Positions 53,836-64,000 are shown, numbered from the stretch's first letter. The stretch is DNA of 64,000 bases from an uncultured Spirochaetota bacterium (GCA_963783575.1 CAWAOD010000014.1:96001-160000), one strand, 5' to 3'. Notes: generated from the sequence alone by a model not told the origin. Numbers and translations: made by a program.

Positions 53836-54906
53836 ATGGACACCATCGTAGAACAAAACAATTTTTTAACAATTAGTGTCATTATACCCGTCGGTAACGG
53901 GTATCCCTACCTTACCGACGTTTTCCAGGCGCTTAATATCCAATCACGCCGTCCCGACGAACTTATTATCGTCAATGACAGGGTAAGAGATGGTTCCCTG
54001 GATTGCCTTGATCTCCTGGATATGGAATATCGAGTGATTGGGACAAATACCGAAAATGGAAGGTATGGGGTCTCTGCTGCCAGAAACATTGGCGCGGAAA
54101 ATTCAAGTTCCGCAATTCTTGTGTTTCTGGATTCGGATGTCATTCTGCCTGATCTGTATCTGGAGAGATTGTACGAACAATTCCGTTTGCCGCGTCATCC
54201 GGAAGAACATATCGACGGCATTGTAGGAATTTCCGGCGAGGAATGCATTTTCAGGAATTTTTTAAGCAATTATAAGAATCTTTGGATGCGATATACCTAC
54301 CTGAGGTTGAAAGGTTTTATTGGGACCGTGAATACCAGCTGCTTCGCCATGAGAAGAGAGGCTTTCTTGGGCTCGGGCGGTTTTGATGAATCATTCCGTA
54401 GACCGGGTATTAAATCATGGCGCTTACCGGGTATTGAAGATTTTATTTTCGGGGATCGGCTTCGGGATAAAGGATACAATAATATCGTTGTAAAAGAACT
54501 ATACTACATACACAAGAAAAAGTATAATTTACGCTCGGCGATTCGGGTTGATTATATTAGAAGCAAAGAATTAACGGAATATTATATTCGCTTAATCTTG
54601 AGAGGGGGGAAAAAACCAAAAAATTCTATTCCGGGAAATTATTATTTAGGGATTCCCCTTTTCTATTTAGCACTCGTGTTATTACCGTTAGGATATTTCA
54701 ATCGATATATTTTTTTTATTTCCCTTTTTCTCTTCATTATCTCATCCGTGTTGGGCATGAATTTTTTATTATATGTAAAGAAAATCAAGGGTCTTCGTTT
54801 CTCCTTTAAGGCCTTTTTTTACCAGTTTATCATGTATGCATCAAGTGGAATCGGTATAGCCTTAGGAATTCTTAGTGCAATATTTCCGGAAAGATCAGAA
54901 AAATAA
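53836..54906 (+). CDS. Glycosyltransferase family 2 with C-terminal TM helices
   Basis: SVIIP, AARNIG, FLDSD, GGFDE, IED. Confidence 0.9.
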   Translation: MDTIVEQNNFLTISVIIPVGNGYPYLTDVFQALNIQSRRPDELIIVNDRVRDGSLDCLDLLDMEYRVIGTNTENGRYGVSAARNIGAENSSSAILVFLDSDVILPDLYLERLYEQFRLPRHPEEHIDGIVGISGEECIFRNFLSNYKNLWMRYTYLRLKGFIGTVNTSCFAMRREAFLGSGGFDESFRRPGIKSWRLPGIEDFIFGDRLRDKGYNNIVVKELYYIHKKKYNLRSAIRVDYIRSKELTEYYIRLILRGGKKPKNSIPGNYYLGIPLFYLALVLLPLGYFNRYIFFISLFLFIISSVLGMNFLLYVKKIKGLRFSFKAFFYQFIMYASSGIGIALGILSAIFPERSEK

Positions 54907-54936
54907 ATAAAAAAAACTTAAATTAGGAAGGATCAT

Positions 54937-55626
54937 ATGTTTTTAAAAAAAATATGGAAAGAATTGCCATCACTGCTTTGTTTGTTCGTCGCATGCATAC
55001 TCTCACTGATCATTTTTAAAAGTCTGCATAATTCCTTGGAAATACCCAGCATCTGGGTTTTCCTGTTTAAATTACTTCCCTTTATCTTCGCGCTGGCGTT
55101 TATCTCGCTTTTCCCATTCGACAAGTTCAAAACTCCACTGAAATTGCTGCTGATACTATTCGCGTTCGCTGTTATCTTCAGCTATTGTATCGGTAAGCTC
55201 ATTTATTACTTTGTGGATAAACCGGTTTATGTGGAATTTTATCTTTTGTTGCAAATTATGACGCCTCTCATCATTTTATCCCTAGCCTTGGCCTTGCGCT
55301 GCGGTGGGATGGACACCAAGGATGTCGCCATTTTCGGCGTCACAGGTATAATTCTCATGGTATCAGGAATAGAAGACCTGGTGTCCCAAATTGTCAGGGT
55401 TATTATCGTGCCCGGGTATACCATACCTGAAACCTGGAATTGGGCCCGGCACATAACAGTATTTTTAGGCCATGTTACTACGAAGAATGAAGCATATGTT
55501 TTCATATCCATTCATTTCGTGATTATTTTCTTCATTTTATATTTCGCGTATACAAAAAACAATCCTTATACGTGGATCATAAAAAATATAGTCGGCCGGC
55601 GACAGGCGGGCAACGGAGATCAATAG
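54937..55626 (+). CDS. Hypothetical membrane protein
   Basis: About 6 TM segments, RBS, co-oriented between two GT2 genes. Confidence 0.7.
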   Translation: MFLKKIWKELPSLLCLFVACILSLIIFKSLHNSLEIPSIWVFLFKLLPFIFALAFISLFPFDKFKTPLKLLLILFAFAVIFSYCIGKLIYYFVDKPVYVEFYLLLQIMTPLIILSLALALRCGGMDTKDVAIFGVTGIILMVSGIEDLVSQIVRVIIVPGYTIPETWNWARHITVFLGHVTTKNEAYVFISIHFVIIFFILYFAYTKNNPYTWIIKNIVGRRQAGNGDQ

Positions 55627-55672
55627 AGAAGCTAAACCCGTTTATTCCGGTTATGAGCTCAGGAGGTGTCAT

Positions 55673-56428
55673 ATGAAGGACGATAACATATATCAGTATA
55701 GTATTGTAATAGCGGCGAAGAATGAGGAGTCGACTATCGGGTCTGTCCTCGCGCCGCTCTGCAAGATGACTGACGATCTCATCGTCGTGGACGGACATTC
55801 GAAGGACAAAACCGTTGAAATAGCTGGCAGTTACGGAGCAAGAATTTTTCAGGAGAACGGGCCAGGCAAGGGATATGCTCTCAGAGTCGGATTAAGCCAT
55901 GTTAAGCATGGGATCACTGTCTTTATTGACGCGGACGGCTCTCACGATCCCGACGACATCCCCAAACTGGTGGAACCGATCATCAAGGATGAGGCGGACC
56001 TTGTCATGGGATCTAGAATGCTGGGTGGCAGTGAGGAACTTTTTTCCTCCCTCTATGAAATGATCCGCTTAATAGGCAGCATGGTTTTCAACCTTTTCAT
56101 AAACAGTAAGTACGGATTACATCTCACAGATTATCATAATGGTTTTCGGGCCATCAAAACGGATTTGGCCAGGGAAATCAATCTGAAAAGTAAAATCTTC
56201 ACCATCGAGATGGAAATGAGCATAAGGTGTCTGCAGTACGGTTACCGGGTTACGGAGGTACCCACCCATGAATATCAAAGAAAAGGCGGAAAATCAAAGA
56301 TCCATCTCAGAAGAGTCTTGCTTAAATATTTATGGTTTCTGTTAACGGAATTTATAAAACCGAAAAGACTAAATAGAAAAAGGCGTGTGGGCGAAGATAT
56401 TAATCAGTTTGACGATCATGTCGTCTGA
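55673..56428 (+). CDS. GT2, DPM1-like polyprenol-phosphate glycosyltransferase
   Basis: AKNEE, VDGHSKD, GKG, IDADGSH, MGSR, TDYHNGFRA. Confidence 0.92.
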   Translation: MKDDNIYQYSIVIAAKNEESTIGSVLAPLCKMTDDLIVVDGHSKDKTVEIAGSYGARIFQENGPGKGYALRVGLSHVKHGITVFIDADGSHDPDDIPKLVEPIIKDEADLVMGSRMLGGSEELFSSLYEMIRLIGSMVFNLFINSKYGLHLTDYHNGFRAIKTDLAREINLKSKIFTIEMEMSIRCLQYGYRVTEVPTHEYQRKGGKSKIHLRRVLLKYLWFLLTEFIKPKRLNRKRRVGEDINQFDDHVV

Positions 56429-56585
56429 CAAAAGGCGGAGATTTGCCTCTCAATAATTATCTAAAGAAAATAATAAAAAATTTGAATTTCAAACAGGTGT
56501 GATTTTAGTCACACCATAAATTCCAAAATCTGCAGGATTTCATCTTTTCCCAAATCCTTCAATTCTTCAGCAGCTGCTGTTGAGT

Positions 56586-56691
56586 TATAAAAATATTGTG
56601 TAATGGGTAATCGATGATAAAGCATTTGCCGTAATAGTTGTTATTTTCATGTAAAACATAGTTGTATAATAGATCATTATTATAATCTGCT
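56586..56691 (-). repeat. Inverted partial copy 3 of the 2365/3005 repeat
   Basis: Near-identical to the reverse complement of ~3075-3181. Confidence 0.85.
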
Positions 56692-56798
56692 ATCAAATTT
56701 AAGGTAAAGTTGAACCTAATGAAATCACCAATATTGAAAATCTCATATTATCATTGTTGAAAGAATCGTAATAGTCATTAAAAAATTATGAGGTAAAA

Positions 56799-57613
56799 AT
56801 GAAACCAAAATTTTATCCCGTTACAAAAATATTTTATTTTTCAAGTACTGGGAACAGTTTAATGGCTTCAAGGAAGATAGCAGAATATTTGGGTAATACG
56901 CAAATATTTAATATACCAAAATGTATAAATACTGAGATTGATTTTTCCGCCAATAGAATTATTGTTGTTTTCCCAGTTTATATGTGGGGGCTACCAAATA
57001 TAATTTTCAGGTTTTTTGAAAAAATTCAATTATCTGAAAAAACCCAACTTATCGCGGTCGCTACTAATGCCGGGCTTGCTGGTGATCCATTCAAACAGGC
57101 GAAAAAAATTTTAATAAAGAACAATCAGAAATTAAATTATGGATTTCTTATCTGGATGCCGGAGAATTTCACTCCCAGATACCCTGTCTCGCCATTATGG
57201 CTTCAGAAACTATCTCTTAGATTATCTGATAGAAAAATCAATCGAATTTGTAAAATAATACAAAATAATAAATCGTCAGGAACTTATGAAAAAAGCCACT
57301 TTGGTATTAATTGGTTTTTGACTTATATGCATAATTATATGATAAATATGATATGGGGTTCAAAACCATTATTGGCAAAAGATTATTTCTGGACTACTGA
57401 AAAATGTAATGGATGTGGTATCTGCACTAAGTCTGCCCAGTTGAAAATATTAATATTAAAGATGGTAAACCAATATGGGGAGATCATTGTGAACTCTGCG
57501 TTGGCTGTCTTCAGTGGTGCCCAGAAAAAGCCGTTCAATTCCTAAAGTCCACAATTAAAAAGGGAAGGTATCATCATCCAGGAGTTTTATTAAAAGATAT
57601 GATAATTCGTTAA
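56799..57613 (+). CDS. EFR1-like flavodoxin + 2x[4Fe-4S] ferredoxin, frameshifted at ~57430
   Basis: YFSSTGNS, FPVY, MPEN, CNGCGIC.KVCP and CELCVGCLQWCP after the shift. Confidence 0.88.
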
Positions 57614-57689
57614 ACACAAAAGATCATACATAAATCCTTGAGAAAAGCCAAGTTTTCAACAACCGGATCCGGTTTTCTTATGGAGAACA

Positions 57690-58058
57690 TTAAAGTAAAA
57701 CATTTTTTGTTTTCGAGGGGTTTAGATGCTGGTAAACCTGCTTCTTAATTCCAAGCTGTGATTTGGATAAATTGTTTAAATTGTTTGTCTGGAAATATTC
57801 AACCCAAATCCTGTCATATGAATTTGACTCTTTCTTAAGCTGAATTACTTTCTCATGATTCAATTCAGTGGAGTTGTTATTAATATTTAAACTTAATTTA
57901 GAAGAGAAAAGCTCAGGTTGTATTTGATAGACCAGATAAGACTGGTATAATTCAGTAGCCAGAATTTTGTTTTTTGTTTTCAAGCTCAGTGTTTTAAGTT
58001 TTCCATTTCTGATAATCCTTACATAATAAAAACCATTGGATCTTTTAATTAAACCCAT
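57690..58058 (-). pseudogene. Tyrosine integrase N-terminal fragment
   Basis: Arm-domain-like KRSNGFYYVR...SLKTKNK..A; GGAGG RBS; next to an att-like site; no catalytic domain. Confidence 0.65.
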
Positions 58059-58173
58059 AGTAACCTCCCAAAATTAAAAATGAGTGGTTACAAATCGTAT
58101 ACAAATCGTACACACTTAATCCCATGATTTTTCTAACTATTTGATATGATAAGAATTAGAGTAAGAAAGGTAT

Positions 58174-58189
58174 CGGAGAGAGGGGGATT
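58174..58189 (-). repeat. att-like tRNA-Ser 3'-end fragment
   Basis: CGGAGAGAGGGGGATT. Confidence 0.8.
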
Positions 58190-58317
58190 TTAATACCACG
58201 TAATATCTTACCCCGTATAGAATAACAAGACTTCAATAATATTTTACTGGCACCTGGCTGACAGAAAAATTCATTAAAATATTTTTAAGTTATTGTTAAG
58301 GCAGATGAAATGTCAAT

Positions 58318-60807
58318 CTATCCATTTATCTCATAACCAATCGCTTTGTAACCTTTCAGTCTTTTTTCAAACATCCTCTTTAACACTGGTTCATTTATAT
58401 CTGCATAATCATAAACTATTAATTCTTTTTTTGCGTGATGATTCCTCTGGAGTCTTCCGACATATTGTTCCAGTGTACCTCGCCAGGATATCGGCATTGC
58501 AAGGAAAAGAGTATCAAGCCTTGCATTATCAAATCCCTCTCCTATGTATTTCCCTGTTGAAATAATTATTCTTGGTTCATTGTCTGATAAATTGGCAAGC
58601 ATATCCAGTATTTCCTCAAGCTTCTTTTTACCCATACCGGCGCGAAGTACAATTATATTTTTGACGGCTGGTCTTAATTCTTTTTCAAAGAAATCCACAT
58701 GTTCTTTTCTTTCGGTAAGAAGGAGGGGAATTCTCTTATTTTCTAATGCTATTAAAACATCTTTAAGAATAAATTGGTTTCTGTTATTATCCTGAATTAA
58801 CTCTGAATAAATATCCTGAATGCTTTTATCATTTTGATTAGTGAAAAATCCCGAATAGGAACAAAAATTAGTATATTTTGGAATAACTGTGTGTTTCAAA
58901 ACCTTCTGATCAGCAATTTCTTTATTCTGTATTTTGAAACGGATTGGTCCGCACTGCATGAACAGGATAGGGTGGTGTCCATCCTTACGGATAGGAGTTG
59001 CAGTAAGGCCAAGTATAAATTTTGCTTTAACTCTTTTCATCACCTGCTCAAAACTAAATGCAGAAATATGATGGCATTCATCCACAATCACAAGCCCGTA
59101 TTCACTGACAATATTTTTAATTTTTCCATTTCGGTTTAAAGTTTGCAGCATGGCAATATCTACTATTTTTGTCGATTTATCCTTACTACCGCCAATCTGT
59201 CCAATTGATTTATCATTCAGTTCCAGAAATAATTGTAATCTTTGTTTCCATTGTTCCATCAATTGTTTTCTATGAACCAATATCAGGGTACTTACTTTTC
59301 TTTCTGCTATAATCGCTGCTCCAACCACCGTTTTACCGAAAGCTGTTCCTGCCGATAAGATTCCTATATCATATTTAAGCATCGATTTTAAAGCATCTTC
59401 CTGAATCGGGCGGAGCACACCTTTAAAATTTACTTCAATCGGAAAACCGATATTCCTTTTATCCTCTAAATTTACTTCAATTCGATTTATTTTTGCAAAT
59501 TCTGTCAAATCATCCAGACAACCCCTGGGGATACCTATATGGTTCGGGTATTCTTCGGTCGAACAGATTATCCTGGGTTTGCCGAAGGTATTGATACGCA
59601 TTGCCTGTGCTCTGTAAAATTCAGGGTTTTGAAATGCTGCTAATTTCCGTAATCTATTAATAAGGATAGAAGGAAGATTCCGTATATCAATAAAAATCAT
59701 ATTAGACAATACGGCGCCCAATTTATCCGGTAGATTATAGCAAATTAATGGTTCGTCTAAAGCCGGAGTCGGGACAATATTCCATGGTTCCAATTCATCA
59801 TCATTTAAGTGTGTTTGAATGGCAAAATAAGAAACTTGCAGATATTTCTCAGAAACTATTTGATTGATATCCGATTGGGACATTTTTTTGACCTGAGCTA
59901 AAAATGCCCATTGATCTGGAAAAGGTAAAGTAGATTCATTAATGAAGACACTATTTCCTTCCATTCTTGGCTTATATTGGAGAGGCATTGCGATCAGATT
60001 TCCGAAACCGCCTTTCGGTATTGTATCCTGGTTTGGAAAAAATCGGTCATAAGATGATAAGCTGATCTGATGTCTGCTGTCTATTGTTTTAGTCAGTATA
60101 ATAAAACCAAGTTTTCTGGCCTGGAATACTGGAATTTTTGTCTCAAAAAATATCCAGATATGCCCGCCATTGCCTGAACGTGAACGCTCAAGATATGCGG
60201 GGATGTTCAATTCCCTGCACACTTTCAAAAAGGCATAAGCATCTTCCTGCCATTTGAGGCAAGCTTCTTTATCATCAAAATCACATACCAGAAAGAAACA
60301 TTTTTCATCCTGAAGCATCGGAAATACACCGGCAGTTAATTTCCCGGAGAGATGGTCTGAGATAACTTTATCTGTAAGAGGAGCATATTTCTTATTTTCA
60401 CATTCACTACATTTTAAAGCCGGTTTCCGACAGAATTTCTTATCCCATTCATTGACGCAAACAGGAGAATACCCTGATTTTCCCTTTTGATTTTCCCATC
60501 TTGAAGGATAAACGTCTTCCCTTCCTTTAAATAGACTCCTGAAAAGCATTATTTTCAATTTATTATCAGATTGTTGATCAATAATTAACTGAGTATTTAA
60601 TAAATCTTTAGAATTAATGGCGTTTATTAAAAAGCTTTTTTTCTTTTCATCCTGATTAATTGGTCCGGGATTGTTTTTATCGATTTTCTTAATCGATAGT
60701 AAATTTCTTAATCTATAATTTTCTTCTTTTAATGTTTGATTATCAAGACTAAGTGCAGATAATTGTTTTTTCAATTCATTTAATTCTTTGCATTCGGTTT
60801 CAGTCAT
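58318..60807 (-). CDS. AEP (TOTE-type primase) domain + SF2 helicase (ResIII-like)
   Basis: FKGREDVY, CDFD, ERSRSGNGGHIW; TAFGKT, IVDECHH, GLTATP, GEGFD, QYVGRLQR. Confidence 0.88.
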   Translation of the reverse strand: MTETECKELNELKKQLSALSLDNQTLKEENYRLRNLLSIKKIDKNNPGPINQDEKKKSFLINAINSKDLLNTQLIIDQQSDNKLKIMLFRSLFKGREDVYPSRWENQKGKSGYSPVCVNEWDKKFCRKPALKCSECENKKYAPLTDKVISDHLSGKLTAGVFPMLQDEKCFFLVCDFDDKEACLKWQEDAYAFLKVCRELNIPAYLERSRSGNGGHIWIFFETKIPVFQARKLGFIILTKTIDSRHQISLSSYDRFFPNQDTIPKGGFGNLIAMPLQYKPRMEGNSVFINESTLPFPDQWAFLAQVKKMSQSDINQIVSEKYLQVSYFAIQTHLNDDELEPWNIVPTPALDEPLICYNLPDKLGAVLSNMIFIDIRNLPSILINRLRKLAAFQNPEFYRAQAMRINTFGKPRIICSTEEYPNHIGIPRGCLDDLTEFAKINRIEVNLEDKRNIGFPIEVNFKGVLRPIQEDALKSMLKYDIGILSAGTAFGKTVVGAAIIAERKVSTLILVHRKQLMEQWKQRLQLFLELNDKSIGQIGGSKDKSTKIVDIAMLQTLNRNGKIKNIVSEYGLVIVDECHHISAFSFEQVMKRVKAKFILGLTATPIRKDGHHPILFMQCGPIRFKIQNKEIADQKVLKHTVIPKYTNFCSYSGFFTNQNDKSIQDIYSELIQDNNRNQFILKDVLIALENKRIPLLLTERKEHVDFFEKELRPAVKNIIVLRAGMGKKKLEEILDMLANLSDNEPRIIISTGKYIGEGFDNARLDTLFLAMPISWRGTLEQYVGRLQRNHHAKKELIVYDYADINEPVLKRMFEKRLKGYKAIGYEING

Positions 60808-60821
60808 GAAATACCTTGATT

Positions 60822-61207
60822 TTAAGCTTTTATCTTTTTTAAAATAAACTGTTTTACATTGTTGGCTAAGTCATAAGCTTTGATTGATTCTGCAAGGCTG
60901 GTGTGTAAAAATCGTCGGGATAACGGACGGAGATAGCATAATCTGTCAAATTACCGATATCCATTTTTCTAAAATCTTTATCTAAATCTATACAAATTGT
61001 TAACAAATACTCGAGATCGTGGGATTTTGGGATATTTACACTTTTTGTTAAAAGATAGGCTTTTATATATTTTTCAGCGGCTTGCTGTGAGTGAAAACAA
61101 ATAGCTCCGGTAGCTCTTTCTTCTTCCTCCTGGTTCATCTCATGCCTTACAACTTTTAAATCTTCATCGGCTTTTTTTATCCAATTATTTATTACTTCTT
61201 CATTCAC
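60822..61207 (-). CDS. HEPN-domain protein, late frameshift near 60900
   Basis: W..KA..DL, CFHSQQAAEKYIKA, SHDL, RYP. Confidence 0.88.
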
Positions 61208-61560
61208 AGCAAAACACCTTCCTTCAATGCCTGATAGGTTACTGTTCCCATTAAATTTTTATATTTTTCTATTTCTTGTTTAGAATGGATAATAATATCT
61301 GTCCCAATTGCCGGTATATGATTCTCAATATAAAACTGGGCCAACCGCTCTCTTATTTTCTTCATAACTTGAAGACTCAAATTTCTATCCTGATAGTTTT
61401 TTGTGATCAGTAATAAATCGTAATCAGTCTGTTTATCTGCATCTCCAGTTGCTTTTGAGCCAAAAAGATAAATTTTATAAACTGGAGAACCATAATCATT
61501 CATGGTTGAAATTACAATGTGCTTGAGTTGTTTTAAATTTTTATCCATAATCTTCTCCAA
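61204..61560 (-). CDS. Minimal nucleotidyltransferase (MNT)
   Basis: YLFGSKATG....TDYDLL; overlaps the HEPN start. Confidence 0.9.
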   Translation of the reverse strand: MEKIMDKNLKQLKHIVISTMNDYGSPVYKIYLFGSKATGDADKQTDYDLLLITKNYQDRNLSLQVMKKIRERLAQFYIENHIPAIGTDIIIHSKQEIEKYKNLMGTVTYQALKEGVLL

Positions 61561-61758
61561 TATTATTATAAACTATAACTTATTTATCTGACAAGAAAAA
61601 GAATGATAAAAATTTTGGAATGATATGATAAATTTCTACCAAAATGAACCAATCTAACCAAAAAATTTCATTGTAAAATAAGGAGTTATGAATTTTAAAG
61701 TTATTATGGGCGACAAAATGTTTGTGTAATTTATTGGCATGTATAGAGTTATATGATT

Positions 61759-61779
61759 CGGAGAGAGGGGGATTTGAAC
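61759..61779 (-). repeat. att-like tRNA-Ser 3'-end fragment (21 bp)
   Basis: Reverse complement GTTCAAATCCCCCTCTCTCCG = T-loop, T-stem, acceptor strand and G discriminator. Confidence 0.85.
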
Positions 61780-62034
61780 AGACTGTATATCTATGATATA
61801 TAAAGAGTAACAAAACTTCCAAAAAATTTCACTGACACCTGACTGACAGTACGAAACATGTGTTTTTTACCAAATCACGAAAAAAATTATAAAAATAATT
61901 TTTAGTGAAAATTAAATACAAAATAGTTTGCATGTTGCGCTTTGTGTTTGAATTTTCAGGTCGTGTCAAATAATTGAATTTATTTTAAAATTTAAAACAT
62001 TAAGTTTGAAATTATACATATTGTCAAAACCAGC

Positions 62035-62409
62035 TTAATTATCAGCAGTTAAATCTTTCAATTTTCTAGATTTCTTTTTATCAGATTGAAAGTGTTTATC
62101 CTTTAAAATCTTTTCCTTAATACCTTCGGGCTTATTATTGATCTTCTTTTTTCTTTTTTCTATTTCGAGATCCCTTTTTAATTTTTCATTTTTATCAGAA
62201 AGTTTTGTTATCAGTCTAGAAAGAGCGGTCTTTTTATTTTCAAACTGATCCCGTGAATCCTGCACACGAAAACGGATGCCTGACGAAGGGTGGTAAACCT
62301 GGATTGCAGATGATGTTTTATTTATATGCTGACCGCCCGGCCCGGAAGCAAGTACAGCCTTCATTTTCATTTCCTGTAAAACAATATTAGGATTTAAATC
62401 AAATAACAT
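62035..62409 (-). CDS. Peptide chain release factor-like protein (ArfB/YaeJ-like, GGQ)
   Basis: SGPGGQHINKTSSA, RDQFENK, basic C-terminal tail. Confidence 0.85.
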   Translation of the reverse strand: MLFDLNPNIVLQEMKMKAVLASGPGGQHINKTSSAIQVYHPSSGIRFRVQDSRDQFENKKTALSRLITKLSDKNEKLKRDLEIEKRKKKINNKPEGIKEKILKDKHFQSDKKKSRKLKDLTADN

Positions 62410-62415
62410 AAATGA

Positions 62416-62700
62416 TTAATAATGATGAAGTTCAAGTTCTTCTTCCATAAGAACAAATGGTTTTCCTGTTGCTTTTATATAAAGTGTTTCAGGTGCAATA
62501 TCTATTTCCCCATTTCCCCAAACAAGTGTTCCAAATTCAACCTTAAAATTTTTGAAGTATTCAGCATCTCTAAACTGATTGAAAACTTCTCCATTATTAA
62601 CATACCAGGTATGATCGGCAATTCCTGTTGAACCATCCTGGAATGTCAATTCAATTTGATAATCTTTTATATAATACGCTTTTATTACATTGAAATTCAT
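62416..62700 (-). CDS. DUF2442 protein
   Basis: Y.IELTF.DG, GEVF, GTLVW..EIDIAPETLY. Confidence 0.85.
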   Translation of the reverse strand: MNFNVIKAYYIKDYQIELTFQDGSTGIADHTWYVNNGEVFNQFRDAEYFKNFKVEFGTLVWGNGEIDIAPETLYIKATGKPFVLMEEELELHHY

Positions 62701-62723
62701 AAGTTTTATCTCCTATTTTAAGG

Positions 62724-62972
62724 TTAGATTACAAAAGTATACTTTAGAATTGCTGCTAACTCCCAGTTTTCTAACAATTCCTCTTTATGCAATTCAGCCC
62801 ATTCTATAATCAATCCCAATGCTTTGGCGGAAAATATCCTTTTTAAAATCCTGAAATTCTGTATGGATATCAAAACCTCAAATTCATTATAAAACTCATG
62901 AAAATGCGGAGGGTTCTAATCGTCAGAAAACATCCTGATAATTATACCATAAAACTAACTAATTTCAGGCAT
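62724..62972 (-). pseudogene. DUF4160 gene with two internal TAG codons
   Basis: Manual translation MPEIS*FYGIIIRMFSDD*NPPHFH...ALGLIIEWAELHKEELLENWE. Confidence 0.8.
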
Positions 62973-63569
62973 CCTTGCCCCATACTATATCTTTATATAT
63001 ATATATTCAATATCGCCGCAAATCTGATTTCATTATAATTCAAACATTAATTACAGGCAAATTTCTAGCAAAATGAGCAAAATCAGCGAAAAAAAACCAG
63101 CGAAAAAAAAATGCAGCAAACCAAATAAATATTAATATAAGCGTCTAAATCATGAGCTTCTTTTTATGTCTCTTATTCATTATTCTTTTTTTTCCCTTTT
63201 TCCAGCAGGTTTGATATGTTACCAAATAATTTATGGCCCTGATCCTTTATATTAAATTAAATGAATTCTAATAATAGTTAGGGTATTTTTATCAAAAAGA
63301 AGGAAATTTTACAAGTTAATAAGGGTATTCATAAAAAATTCATCAGAATATATTTTTTTATTAAGTGAATATTATGAGATCTTATAATAATTTAATTTGA
63401 CAATATACAATATATAAATTAATATTACTCTGAAATTAAAAGTACTCTTAATATATTATTAAAAAACAGAAAAAAATTATAATAGTTGAAAGAAATATAC
63501 TGGCGTTTTGGCAGTATTATGATATCTTGTAATTAATTATTTTGATAAACTAATTGAAAAGGAGATAAC

Positions 63570-64000
63570 ATGAAAAATAGGTTTTATGGTTTGACGGTAA
63601 TTATGATCCTCTCTTCTCTTTTTTTTAACCTTTTAATGGCGAATGTGAATGGCTCCGGCAATACTATTTCCGAAACAAGGAAGGTGGATTCATTTAAGAG
63701 GGTAGAAGTGGGTGACTTACTGAAATCTTTCATTTTAGCCGGAGACAACTTGAATCCTGATAATTATCAGGTTGAAGTTATTCAGGGTGAAAAGGAAGGC
63801 TTGGCTATAGAAGGTGAAGAAAATATCCTCAAGGTCCTGAATACGGATGTCCAGAACGGAACCATCTATATTTATTTTGAAGAACCGGTACACCTCTCAA
63901 AAATCCTGCGCATAACCATCTATATGAAAAATATTGATGCGCTGGTAAATAGCGGACCAGGTTATCTTTATGCGAAGGGTGTGATTAATGCATCAGACCT
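63570..64000 (+). CDS. DUF2807 (head GIN domain) secreted protein, runs off the window
   Basis: AGGAG RBS; signal peptide, NGSGNTISETR, IEGEENIL..L.T.V.NG.I.I. Confidence 0.8.
   Translation, partial: MKNRFYGLTVIMILSSLFFNLLMANVNGSGNTISETRKVDSFKRVEVGDLLKSFILAGDNLNPDNYQVEVIQGEKEGLAIEGEENILKVLNTDVQNGTIYIYFEEPVHLSKILRITIYMKNIDALVNSGPGYLYAKGVINASD

Noticed and set aside
61759..61850. Complete tRNA-Ser gene
   Set aside because: Only 21 nt of the 3' end match; no anticodon arm, D arm or 5' acceptor strand follows
551..62957. Genome-wide reassignment of TAG to a sense codon
   Set aside because: TAG ends several genes at their expected C-termini (10858, 19422, 35914, 36845, 55626, 58318), and the MBL pseudogene has all three stop types; only partial read-through remains possible

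Overview
AT-rich bacterial accessory DNA. Ser-rich-linker lipoproteins and the gene content suggest a spirochaete-like diderm, but this is inference only. The window looks like a tandem array of decaying islands separated by three copies of a tRNA-Ser 3' end (2732, 58174, 61759). The middle unit (~55 kb) ends in a truncated tyrosine integrase. Its cargo comprises: (1) a sigma-54 two-component system whose histidine kinase carries an N-terminal sugar-ABC ATPase domain, divergent from a monosaccharide ABC importer, followed by a ribulokinase remnant and fucI; (2) an uncharacterised operon of outer-membrane barrel, TPR, DsbD_2-like, polyferredoxin and DOMON-TPR proteins plus a membrane LuxR; (3) a two-component system + carbohydrate ABC + GH127 locus; (4) surface lipoproteins and glycosylation genes; (5) many IS elements and remnants (IS1380, IS21, IS4, IS1182, IS110, Tn7-like ends, REP-like repeats). 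A 3.6-kb mini-island carries MNT-HEPN plus a primase-helicase. Many genes have single-base frameshifts, mostly in homopolymers, which are probably sequencing errors. The best candidate for an undescribed system is the ABC-ATPase/PAS/histidine-kinase fusion.
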